64,000 nt of DNA, taken from positions 288,001 to 352,000 of the forward strand of contig CAVOYH010000004.1 of NCBI GenBank assembly GCA_963700635.1, in the 5' to 3' direction. How positions within the stretch are numbered: position 1 is the stretch's first letter; each line of letters begins with the position of its first letter. The notes under the pieces are model-generated. The model worked only from the letters and a program-made list of their open reading frames with translations, was not told the DNA's origin and did not search any database. The DNA is from an uncultured Bacteroidota bacterium (GTDB taxonomy: Bacteria > Bacteroidota > Ignavibacteria > UBA10030 > UBA6906). Below, in pieces: positions 51,301-59,090 of the stretch. The position numbers were made by a program, and so were the translations under genes.

Positions 51301-51520
51301 TCTTGTTGCGGCTGCTGGACAACGCCTGCGTCCGGTGCTCATGACTACGCTCACAACCACCGGAGGGCTGCTGCCCATGGCATTGTTTGGTGAACGATCG
51401 GGAATATCGAGTTCACTGGCGCTGGGAACCATCGGCGGCCTGCTCTCCTCTATGTGTCTGACCCTGTTGCTGATACCGCTGGCATACCGGATGATACATC
51501 GTCGAGAGTATCGTGCCTGA
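48344..51520 (+). CDS. RND permease subunit 2 (divergent)
   Basis: HRPVAV, GRLVDDSIVVLDNI, ASLYESF..P and RLRPVLMTTLTT. ATGA overlap with subunit 1. Confidence 0.92.
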   Translation: MIERFTQFLIHRPVAVSTVYAALVASGLFALERLPVDLTPAVDFPALSIQTAWPGVPAETVEMILTSPIEETAHTIPGIRRVSSVSSEGHSRVHAEFEPKTKMDFARLELYEKLAALVRTLPPGIGSPALDPYVPEDLRDLHGFMSYSLVGTQSASVLRNLGQGEIAPRLRSIRGVADVVVLGGEEEEVHIELDAQKILSLGLRVEELTAGLNTLEYNAPVGVLSRSSTREIVSVRTADLTLDRLKRVPITHTSSGSPVRLGDIATVSLTTGEKTGLFRINGKASVTIRIDKDPSVNTLRLADGVSARIQELRSLLPEGVELILESDTSRDMRAELAALYRDSVLSILCILIVLFLFLGHWNAPLVVFSSILFSLAGTFLLFWLLGIGLHLFSLAGLILGSGRLVDDSIVVLDNIQRRGALDTSRTAIPSAMAEIALPVIASTGTTIGALLPTGFLPADLKPYFFQFALAVGVSLVMSLVVSCTLIPVIAHRVRLSPLLPDVYAGAGEWGMRTYAWLLRKVLTHRLVVMFVVLWLFGIPIWLLPENSNVPGFPGHVYNTVFGSGWYRAARPYLNQILGGSCFLFFTKVRMGEVWEYQRETYLIVRVTFPQGMDLHRCDDIAKAVESEALSFGAHIEKVTCLVEQDYAFIRITIPDARASTEIPFIVKNRLTKLASQTGGASIGIWGFGPGFTSGGETPPTFAVRVLGYNYERVKVIAERIRTRLEANPRIADVDINRSWTGQRGKAAEVVAYVDRLEAARHDIPVAELVNAIRTHTPGAVHRNRLTIDGIRVPYTVKFAGYQECSAEELQNVMITGRERQTVRLLGLLSLRKHPTPGEILRENRSYVRWISFEYRGPLRHAISFVDASIRATVLPHGYRVDRSASGFTFSENDRDWLLLTAGIALALVYMITASLYESFKNPLLIILAVPFSLIGLFQAYYLTDTPFGRGGYAAVFLLIGIVVTNSIMLVDCLSRQCGRHGCTVETLVAAAGQRLRPVLMTTLTTTGGLLPMALFGERSGISSSLALGTIGGLLSSMCLTLLLIPLAYRMIHRREYRA

Positions 51521-51567
51521 GCCCCCTCAATCTTGAATCTCAGGGCACCTTTGCGTACCATGATTTT

Positions 51568-52566
51568 ATGACAATTCTTGGCATTGAATCCTCCTGCGAT
51601 GAGACCTCCGCCTCGGTTGTAAAAGACGGCGTCGTCCTGTCGAACATAATATCCTCACAACTGGTCCATAGAACTTATGGTGGTGTTGTTCCGGAACTTG
51701 CATCCCGGGCCCATCAGCGACTGATCCTTGATGTTGTGCAGGAAGCGCTCACGCAGGCACACACGACGCGTGAGGATCTTGGGGGTATCGCCGCCACCCA
51801 CGGTCCCGGACTCATCGGCGCTTTGCTTGTGGGACTCAATTTTGGCAAAGCCATGGCCTACGGGCTTGGAATACCCTTTGTCGGAGTGAATCACATGGAA
51901 GGGCACCTGTACTCGAACATGCTGCGCCCGCAGGCCCATGGGTTCCCATTCCTCGCGCTCATCGTATCCGGAGGCCATACGATGCTGGTTCATGCCACCG
52001 GGCCGTTCCAGCATCGTGTACTCGGTCAAACGCGGGATGACGCCGCCGGGGAGGCTTTTGACAAGGTGGCGAAGATGCTGGGCCTCGGGTATCCCGGGGG
52101 CCCGCGGATAGATGCACTGGCGAAGAAGGGCAATCCCCGGTCAATCCGTTTTCCACGATCATTCCTGGACCGCGACACGTTTGATTTCAGTTTTAGCGGG
52201 GTAAAAACCGCCGTGCTGTACCATGTGCGGGACAACGGAGTACCTGAGACCGAACAGGGGATGGCAGATCTTTGTGCGAGTTTTCAGGATGCGGTTGTGG
52301 ATGTGCTCGTTGAAAAGACACTGCGTGCGGCACGACGGACAGGAGTATCTGACATCACGGTCGCCGGTGGAGTCTCGGCGAATTCCCGCCTGCGGTCACG
52401 ATTGGGGGATGAATGCGAAACACAGGGATTCCGCCTGTTTTCGCCGGGGCTGGAATTTTGTATGGATAACGGCGCCATGATTGCGTACGTTGGCTGGATG
52501 AAATTGAGCCGGGGTGTTCGATCCCCGCTGTCATTGCCCGCTGTCGCTGCCCTGGAGCTGGCCTAA
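51568..52566 (+). CDS. tsaD: tRNA N6-adenosine threonylcarbamoyltransferase
   Basis: ILGIESSCDETS, GGVVPELASRAH, VNHMEGH, VSGGHT, DDAAGEAFDKVAK, GGVSAN and DNGAMIA. Confidence 0.97.
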   Translation: MTILGIESSCDETSASVVKDGVVLSNIISSQLVHRTYGGVVPELASRAHQRLILDVVQEALTQAHTTREDLGGIAATHGPGLIGALLVGLNFGKAMAYGLGIPFVGVNHMEGHLYSNMLRPQAHGFPFLALIVSGGHTMLVHATGPFQHRVLGQTRDDAAGEAFDKVAKMLGLGYPGGPRIDALAKKGNPRSIRFPRSFLDRDTFDFSFSGVKTAVLYHVRDNGVPETEQGMADLCASFQDAVVDVLVEKTLRAARRTGVSDITVAGGVSANSRLRSRLGDECETQGFRLFSPGLEFCMDNGAMIAYVGWMKLSRGVRSPLSLPAVAALELA

Positions 52567-52570
52567 ACCT

Positions 52571-53638
52571 ATGAAACCGATCTCTGCTTCTTTCCCGCGG
52601 ATGTTCTCCCGACGCACACTTGTGGTCGCCGGTGGAGTCCTGCTGGGACTCTTCCTGTTGACCGTGTATGTCGTGTTTTTCGGGGAGAACACTTTTGGAG
52701 AAGAACAGGAGAAGATCTTCTTCGTCCGGCGCGGGCAGTCTTTCTCCCACATCGTGGATTCACTCGATCAACAGGGGGTAATCCGGAGCAGGAACATGTT
52801 CAAGTGGGTGGCCCGCATCTACGGCGGAACCGAGAGGATACAGGTGGGGAAATACCGGTTCACGAGCGGGCTTTCCAATGCTGAGATCTTCCTGATGCTG
52901 CGTAACGGTGAAGGGAATCAGCTCATCAAAGTCACGATTCCGGAAGGGGCCAGCCCACGCCTGCAGGCACGATTGTTTTCCCGTTTAATCGGCATTGATT
53001 CGGCGCGTTACAGTTCAATAGCGTACGATCCGGAGTTTACACGCGACGCCGGAATCGATGCTGCATCACTGGAAGGATATCTCCTGCCCGAAACATACTC
53101 CCTGCGCTGGGGACTCGATGAGGAGGATCTGATACAGATGCAGGTGCGCGAATTCAAGACGTTCTTTTCAGATTCCCTGATCGAGCGGGCGCAAGAACTT
53201 GGTTGGAGTATCCATCAGGCCGTGACATTCGCTTCGATCGTGGAGGGTGAGGCGGTTCTGGACGAAGAACGGCCGGTGATTGCTGGAGTGTACCACAACC
53301 GTCTTCGCATCGGCATGAAGCTGGAGGCAGATCCGACGATCCAGTATATGTTCGATGAAAAACCGAGGAGGGTGCTCTATTCAGATTTGCGTGCAGATAA
53401 TCCGTACAATACGTACAAGTATGTCGGCCTGCCCCCGGGTCCTGTCAATAATCCCGGAAAGGCTTCCATTCTCGCCTCTCTGTATCCTGCGGGGCACAAC
53501 TATTTGTTTTTTGTCGCGAATGGCAGAGGGGGGCACTGGTTTTCAGCTTCGTACACAGATCACTTGAAGAATGTGAGACGGTACCGGCACGAGAGGGCAC
53601 GGCGGTGGAGAGAAGAAAAAAGCCTCACCGGGGGGTGA
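52571..53638 (+). CDS. mltG: Endolytic transglycosylase MltG
   Basis: N-terminal TM, VTIPEG, LEGYLLPETY, ASIVEGE, GVYHNRL..GMKLEADPT, PYNTY...GLPPGP..NPG and YLFFV. Confidence 0.95.
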   Translation: MKPISASFPRMFSRRTLVVAGGVLLGLFLLTVYVVFFGENTFGEEQEKIFFVRRGQSFSHIVDSLDQQGVIRSRNMFKWVARIYGGTERIQVGKYRFTSGLSNAEIFLMLRNGEGNQLIKVTIPEGASPRLQARLFSRLIGIDSARYSSIAYDPEFTRDAGIDAASLEGYLLPETYSLRWGLDEEDLIQMQVREFKTFFSDSLIERAQELGWSIHQAVTFASIVEGEAVLDEERPVIAGVYHNRLRIGMKLEADPTIQYMFDEKPRRVLYSDLRADNPYNTYKYVGLPPGPVNNPGKASILASLYPAGHNYLFFVANGRGGHWFSASYTDHLKNVRRYRHERARRWREEKSLTGG

Positions 53639-53646
53639 GGCCTTTT
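53616..53646. terminator. Bidirectional Rho-independent terminator
   Basis: A6-GCCTCACC-GGGG-GGTGAGGC-CTTTT. The minus strand gives U6 immediately after the stem, and the plus strand gives a weaker CUUUU. Confidence 0.8.
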
Positions 53647-53830
53647 CCTGAACTAGAGACGCATTCCCTGGATCACCCACCATGCATCCTCTTAATACAA
53701 TGCCGGGGTGTATCAGGGTCAGCCGTTACCGCCACCTTCCACCAACGGCTCAGCACGTCCAACTGCACGTGACTCCTGTACACCCCGGGCGTAAACATTA
53801 TGTCGCACATTCTCTGGTTCAGACTACCTC
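53616..53830 (-). ncRNA. Candidate structured non-coding RNA (~200 nt, family unassigned)
   Basis: Nested helices: 53648-53659 with 53811-53822, 53703-53712 with 53779-53788, 53714-53720 with 53772-53778, and hairpins at 53721-53750, 53754-53771 and 53670-53689. It ends in a terminator whose U6 is on the minus strand, where no nearby CDS ends. Confidence 0.6.
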
Positions 53831-53859
53831 ATGCTTCTACCTGTAGGAACGAGCAGAGT

Positions 53860-55581
53860 ATGAACAAAGTTCCCACCTCACGCGGTCGTTCAAGAGCCGT
53901 GGTTTTTCAATGGCTTGCAGCGATTGTTTTTGCAGGGTGCGCGGGGCAGATTCACCCCTCCGGTGGCCCAGCCGATTCCATTCCTCCGACCATTATCCGG
54001 ACCGTTCCCGATACAAATGCAATCCGTGTCGCCACAAGGTTTTTCGAACTGGAATTCAACGAATATGTCGACCGGCGGTCCGTGGAGGAATCGATATTTA
54101 TCTCCCCATATCTCGGTGCGCTGGAGTTTGATTGGGGAGGACGGGATGTGCGCATCATTTTCGCGGACACACTGCGGAGGAACACAACGTATGTGGTAAC
54201 AGTCGGGACTGACGTGATCGATCTGCGTGCACAGAACAGGATGGCCCGGGGGTATACGCTCGCCTTCAGCACGGGAGACTCTCTTGATCAGGGTGTGATT
54301 CAGGGACATGTTGTGGACGAGCGGCCGGACGGAGTGATGATCTTCGCCTATAATCTTGAAGGAGTCGATCCCGATACCCTTGATCCGTCACGTGCCCGCC
54401 CCGACTACATTATGCAGACGGGAGCTGACGGCCGATTTCAGCTGCGAAATATTGTTCTCTCAACATACCGGGTGATCGCAGTCCGCGATGAGTACCGGAA
54501 TCTACTCTACGATCGAGAAGTTGATGAGTACGGTGTCTCACAACATGACATCACCCTCGCCCCGGACCGCCCCCGCGAAGAAGGGATCTGGTTCCGGCTT
54601 GCAAAGGAAGACACCACCAGACCGTTCCTTTCCAGTGTGGCCGCTTCCGATCAACATCATCTGCTTATCCGGTTTAGTGAAGCCGTTGATACGCTCTCCG
54701 TTGCTACGGCCCTCGTAAGTGTCTCTGATACGCTCACCGCACTCCCTGTGCGGCTCGGGGCGCTCTATCCGGATATGGCGAATCCGGCACTGCTCGGAGC
54801 TGAGTTGCTTGATCCTCTTGACAGCACCCGTGTGTACCGCCTACGTGTCCGGGGATTCCTCGATCGTACCGGTAATGCCATCGACACCGTGCACAGTATC
54901 GCGGATTTTTCCGGCTCGGGTATTCCCGATACTTCGAGGCCTTCGCTGAGAATAAGGGGGGTAGCCGATAGTGCCCAGGGTGTTCCGCTCAACTCTCCCT
55001 TTCAGATAGAGTTTGGCAAGCCTGTCTCTCTTCGCGGGGCACTGGCAGCGGTGCGGCTGATGGACAGCTCACACAGTGTTGTCCCTGCCACCATCGTTGC
55101 TCGAACCCCCGCGGAAATACTTCTTCTCCCGCATGCCAGCCTCTCGCCTCTTGCGTGGTATTCCATCCGGGTGGTGATGGACTCGTTGGTGGATAGCCGG
55201 GGAAATCGGTATCAGGATTCGCTTGTGACCGTGAGGTTCAGGACTCTTGACCTGCGCTCGACAGGGTCAATCGAAGGACAGGTGCTGGATCCCACGGGAA
55301 AAGGGAATGTTATGATTACCGCGCGGAGTGTGGATCTGATTCCTCCGCGAACAGGTTCAGTCGTTGTCGAGAAGGGAACCGCGTTCATGATCCGGGAACT
55401 GTCTGAAGGAAAGTACACGATTCAGGGATACCGTGATGAGGATAGGAACGGCGCATACAGTGCGGGGCTTCCGTCTCCGTTTCGTCCGTCTGAACGTTTT
55501 GTTGTTTATCCCGACACCGTGAAGGTGCGCGCGCGATGGAGCATAGAGGGAGTGATACTCAGGTTTCCCGAAGGCAGGTAG
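53860..55581 (+). CDS. Ig-like (Big_5) domain lipoprotein
   Basis: Lipobox FAGC then A...PSGGP.D..PP, FNEYV and AFSTG..LD.G.I.G, with repeated D...P-started Ig modules and C-terminal D.D.NG.YS.G...PF.PSE. Confidence 0.85.
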   Translation: MNKVPTSRGRSRAVVFQWLAAIVFAGCAGQIHPSGGPADSIPPTIIRTVPDTNAIRVATRFFELEFNEYVDRRSVEESIFISPYLGALEFDWGGRDVRIIFADTLRRNTTYVVTVGTDVIDLRAQNRMARGYTLAFSTGDSLDQGVIQGHVVDERPDGVMIFAYNLEGVDPDTLDPSRARPDYIMQTGADGRFQLRNIVLSTYRVIAVRDEYRNLLYDREVDEYGVSQHDITLAPDRPREEGIWFRLAKEDTTRPFLSSVAASDQHHLLIRFSEAVDTLSVATALVSVSDTLTALPVRLGALYPDMANPALLGAELLDPLDSTRVYRLRVRGFLDRTGNAIDTVHSIADFSGSGIPDTSRPSLRIRGVADSAQGVPLNSPFQIEFGKPVSLRGALAAVRLMDSSHSVVPATIVARTPAEILLLPHASLSPLAWYSIRVVMDSLVDSRGNRYQDSLVTVRFRTLDLRSTGSIEGQVLDPTGKGNVMITARSVDLIPPRTGSVVVEKGTAFMIRELSEGKYTIQGYRDEDRNGAYSAGLPSPFRPSERFVVYPDTVKVRARWSIEGVILRFPEGR

Positions 55582-55606
55582 TCCAAACGAGACTGGATCA
55601 GAACCC

Positions 55607-55628
55607 CACCGCAGGCGGTGATTTGTTT
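55607..55628 (+). terminator. Possible Rho-independent terminator
   Basis: CACCG-CAGG-CGGTG followed by ATTTGTTT after the Ig-like gene. Confidence 0.4.
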
Positions 55629-55679
55629 ATGTACAGGACTGTGGTACCCTGGCCCGGGTTGGCCCGGGACGGGCGGAAG

Positions 55680-56237
55680 TTATGGCCGTTTGCCGGGTGA
55701 AATAAGAACTTTCTCGGGAACAGTCCACGCCTCCACATATCCCAGTTCTGTCATCCTTCGTGCAAATCGATCCGCTTCAAATCTGTTCTGAAAGTTTCCT
55801 GCCCGCAGTTTGTAGGTAGGCGCATGATAATGGAGGTAGAACCACTCCTCAGGGAAGACCGCTTCGAATTCTGACTTCTTGTCGCGGGCGGCATCGATGC
55901 TGGTCGTTGAGAAGACCTGGACCCGGAATCCCTGCGTCGTCTCCTGGCTTGCGGGAACCATAAATTCATCCGCCACGATTACACTGCTGGTGTCGACATG
56001 CCGGGGGTGGCGATCAACGTTCAGGACACGAGCCGGGTCAGAATCTGATGGTTGGAATGTGGATTCAAACCGACGGATTTCCTCTTCTGTTGCCTTATGC
56101 TCCCCCGCCTTCACGGCTTTGGTCGACGCACATCCGGAAAGCATCACGAATCCGATCGTGGTGCAAAGCAGGGCAACCAGCAGTGCTCCCGGTGGGCGGC
56201 ATGGCAGACCAGCGGGAGAAGGGATGTACGTATTCAT
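55680..56237 (-). CDS. SPOR domain lipoprotein
   Basis: Lipobox LSGC and C-terminal GFRVQVFST...Y..PTYKLRAGNF.NRFEA....GY.EAW. Confidence 0.88.
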   Translation of the reverse strand: MNTYIPSPAGLPCRPPGALLVALLCTTIGFVMLSGCASTKAVKAGEHKATEEEIRRFESTFQPSDSDPARVLNVDRHPRHVDTSSVIVADEFMVPASQETTQGFRVQVFSTTSIDAARDKKSEFEAVFPEEWFYLHYHAPTYKLRAGNFQNRFEADRFARRMTELGYVEAWTVPEKVLISPGKRP

Positions 56238-56239
56238 GC

Positions 56240-56767
56240 CTACCTCTTTATTTGTACAATCCAGGAATCCCTGTACTCTGCCGGATGGTCTGCCTGCATC
56301 CGCAGCAGGAGTGTTCGCGCTTCTGCGCGGCTCGCGAACGAACCGATACGGATCTGATACAGGGCCAGGCTTGGATAAAACTCATTGCGCACAGAAAACT
56401 GGTAGCGCCTACGGGCGAGGGTTTGCGCCTGGATAGCGTTTTGTGGATCCTTAAACGCTCCTATCTGCACGGCAAATCCTTCTTCTCCGGCTGTGAACGT
56501 GGAATCGGCTGGTCCCGGTTCATCCTTGGGGAGGGCATCTACGGTGTCGGTGCGCATAACAAACTCGACAGTTTCCGACGATGCTGGGGGAGGAGCGGAA
56601 ACGGTCGATGAGTCCGGTGGAAGGGGTATCTCCGGCGCTGGCGCGGTCGTCCCACATCCTGCAAAAAAGAAGGCACTCACGATGGCGAGGACCCCGGAAG
56701 GTCGCACCGGAAATCTCCATACCGTGATATCAGCAGAACTGTGCGGGTTCGTACGCTCATCCTCCAA
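56240..56767 (-). CDS. SPOR domain lipoprotein
   Basis: Lipobox FAGC, Pro-rich linker, and [14 protein letters not shown]...[15 protein letters not shown]. The start is uncertain. Confidence 0.85.
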   Translation of the reverse strand: MEDERTNPHSSADITVWRFPVRPSGVLAIVSAFFFAGCGTTAPAPEIPLPPDSSTVSAPPPASSETVEFVMRTDTVDALPKDEPGPADSTFTAGEEGFAVQIGAFKDPQNAIQAQTLARRRYQFSVRNEFYPSLALYQIRIGSFASRAEARTLLLRMQADHPAEYRDSWIVQIKR

Positions 56768-57611
56768 CGATTTTTACGCTGGCACTTGCGCCGATACGAT
56801 CGGCGCCGCTTGCGACCATTGTGAGAGCATCTTCCCGGCTCCTCACGCCACCGGATGCTTTGACGCCCATGGCGGAGCCGACGACCCGGCGCATAAGAGC
56901 GATGTCGCCTGCAGTTGCTCCTCCCTTGCCGAATCCGGTGGAGGTCTTGACAAAATCCGCGCCTGCACGGCGTGCCAGGACGCATGCCTTGATTTTCTCT
57001 TCGTCCGAGAGGAGCCCGGTTTCGATAATCACTTTTGTGAGCACTTTATGGCGTCGGGCCGCGGCCACCACTCCGGCGATATCCCGTTCGACATAATGAA
57101 ACTCTCCGCCTTTGAGCATTCCCACGTTAATCACCATATCCACTTCTTCAGCGCCGTCGTGTATGGCGAGTTCCGTTTCACCCGCTTTTGCCGCACTTGA
57201 GGTCGCGCCGAGGGGGAAGCCGATAACCGTGCACACTTTTACGGGTGATCCTTTGAGAAGGCGGGCGCACAACGGCACGTAGCTCGCGTTTACACACACG
57301 CTCGCAAAGCTGAACTTCCGCGCCTCGGCGCAGAGTTGTTCGATTTCCTTCGGCATCGCGTCCGGCTTGAGCATGGTGTGATCGATCATCCGTCCTAGAG
57401 CAGGATCCACTCCGCCTGCCAGTTCGATGCCGGTCCCGGAGGTAATACGCGACGCACCATTCTCAACAATACAGCGGACCCCTTCGGTGTTGTGAATAAC
57501 ACAGAGGCCGTCCTTACACATTCCTTCCTGACAGGCCAAAGTTCCGGAAGGCGCGCCCAGCTTCTGTGTTAAAACTTCACGGACAATGCGGTCGACAAGA
57601 GTACGGTCCAT
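56757..57611 (-). CDS. deoC: Deoxyribose-phosphate aldolase with N-terminal extension
   Basis: [56 protein letters not shown] and RIGAS. About 70 extra N-terminal residues. Confidence 0.95.
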   Translation of the reverse strand: MDRTLVDRIVREVLTQKLGAPSGTLACQEGMCKDGLCVIHNTEGVRCIVENGASRITSGTGIELAGGVDPALGRMIDHTMLKPDAMPKEIEQLCAEARKFSFASVCVNASYVPLCARLLKGSPVKVCTVIGFPLGATSSAAKAGETELAIHDGAEEVDMVINVGMLKGGEFHYVERDIAGVVAAARRHKVLTKVIIETGLLSDEEKIKACVLARRAGADFVKTSTGFGKGGATAGDIALMRRVVGSAMGVKASGGVRSREDALTMVASGADRIGASASVKIVGG

Positions 57612-57662
57612 ACGGTCCAATATAGGGGAAAGAAGAGGAGATGCAACCGGGTGGGTTGCGTC

Positions 57663-59084
57663 TCAGGGTTCATCATCCAGGAAGATTTTTCCGGGATTGA
57701 GTATTCCAGCTGGGTCAAATACCCGTTTGATGTCCCTCATCAATCTTAGTTCCACGGGATGAAGGGCCAGAGGAAGATACGGGCGTTGCGCGTAGCCAAT
57801 ACCATGTTCGGCGGAAATTGTCCCGCCGAGACTTACGGTCAGCGCAAAAATCTCACGAATTGCAGGGTCTATGACCCGGTTCCAGGTGTCCTCGTCGAGC
57901 GTGTGCTTCAGGATATTCACATGGACATTGCCGTCCCCGGCATGGCCGTAGCAGATGGAGGTCAGTCCATACCGCCCGCAGATCTCTTTCACGCCTTTGA
58001 CCAGCTGGGGAAGCTGTGCCCGTGGCACGACGGTGTCTTCTTCTTTGTACGCGGATATGGACTTTACGGCCTCGCCGATACCCTGCCGGAGAGCCCACAC
58101 TTCGTCCACTTTCTGCCTGTCTTCAGCCAGCAGGATATCCGCCGCGTTGTGTTTTTCTACCACTTCCGCGATTGCGGTGATTTCCTCTGTGAGCGCATCC
58201 TCATGGTTGCCGTCCACTTCAATCAACAGTTGAGCCGCCGCAGTGCCGTTGGGAAAACTTTTGCCAAGACGCTCCTCGGCGGCCTGTACGGCGGCGCGTT
58301 CCAGGAATTCCATGGCGGACGGGGTGATACCGCGCTGGAATATCGAGGCGACTGCTGCTGCGGCGTCTTCGAGCGTATGAAAGGCAACAAGGACCACCTT
58401 TTTCAGACGAACGCGGGGCACCAGTCGGACCACCACTCTGGTGATCACTGCGAGCGTGCCCTCACTTCCGATGATCAGCTGAGTGAGATTATACCCTGAC
58501 ACATTTTTCAGGACGCGTGCGCCGGTTGTGAAGATTTCTCCGTTAGGCAGGACGGCCTCAATGCCCAGGACGTAGTCTTTTGTCACGCCGTACTTCACGG
58601 CATGCGGCCCGCCCGCGCATTCGGCGAGATTTCCTCCTATAAAGCAGCTACCCCTTGATGCCGGGTCCGGCGGGTAAAAAAGTCCGGCCTTCTCCACTTC
58701 CTCCTGAAACTTCTGCGTAATGACGCCCGGTTCCACCGTGGCCTGAAGATTCTGTGTGTCAATCGCCACGATCCGGTCAAACCGCCGCATGGACAGGCAG
58801 ATCCCTCCCGCCACAGGGAGAGCGCCGCCGGAAAGTCCGGTTCCACCGCCCCTCGGCGTGACCGGGATCGCATGCTGGGTCGCAAGTCGGAGGATGGCCG
58901 AGACCTGGGCCGTCGTATCCGGTTCGAGTACCACGCCGGGAAGAAACAGCAGATCCTCCGTTTCGTCCCGGCCGTGAAGTGCGAGAGACTCCCCGTCTGT
59001 CCGGACGTACTCCGTCCCCAGAATCTTTCTAAACGCGTTAAGGAGGTCTTCGGAGAGAATGCGGGGGGGGATTGATGTCGGCAT
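57663..59084 (-). CDS. FAD-linked oxidase, GlcD/D-2-hydroxyacid dehydrogenase family
   Basis: PRGGGTGLSGG, YPPDPAS, GG.HAVKYG.T, GSEGTL, GHAGDGNVH, GTISAEHGIG and FDPAGILNPGK. Confidence 0.92.
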   Translation of the reverse strand: MPTSIPPRILSEDLLNAFRKILGTEYVRTDGESLALHGRDETEDLLFLPGVVLEPDTTAQVSAILRLATQHAIPVTPRGGGTGLSGGALPVAGGICLSMRRFDRIVAIDTQNLQATVEPGVITQKFQEEVEKAGLFYPPDPASRGSCFIGGNLAECAGGPHAVKYGVTKDYVLGIEAVLPNGEIFTTGARVLKNVSGYNLTQLIIGSEGTLAVITRVVVRLVPRVRLKKVVLVAFHTLEDAAAAVASIFQRGITPSAMEFLERAAVQAAEERLGKSFPNGTAAAQLLIEVDGNHEDALTEEITAIAEVVEKHNAADILLAEDRQKVDEVWALRQGIGEAVKSISAYKEEDTVVPRAQLPQLVKGVKEICGRYGLTSICYGHAGDGNVHVNILKHTLDEDTWNRVIDPAIREIFALTVSLGGTISAEHGIGYAQRPYLPLALHPVELRLMRDIKRVFDPAGILNPGKIFLDDEP

Positions 59085-59090
59085 GGAGTG

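Noticed and set aside
53616-53830. Confident 6S RNA or riboswitch call
   Set aside because: The size and shape are compatible with 6S, but I could not match 6S or riboswitch consensus motifs and the usual zapA/rny/ygfA context is absent. It is left unassigned.
53800-53859. N-terminal extension of the Ig-like lipoprotein ORF from ATG 53800
   Set aside because: It would place the lipobox too far from the start and overlaps the structured RNA. A later start is preferred.
57602-57619. 9-bp tandem repeat TACGGTCCA x2 at the deoC start
   Set aside because: It has only two copies, is in frame, and merely makes the start codon ambiguous. There is no sign of a target-site duplication around an element.
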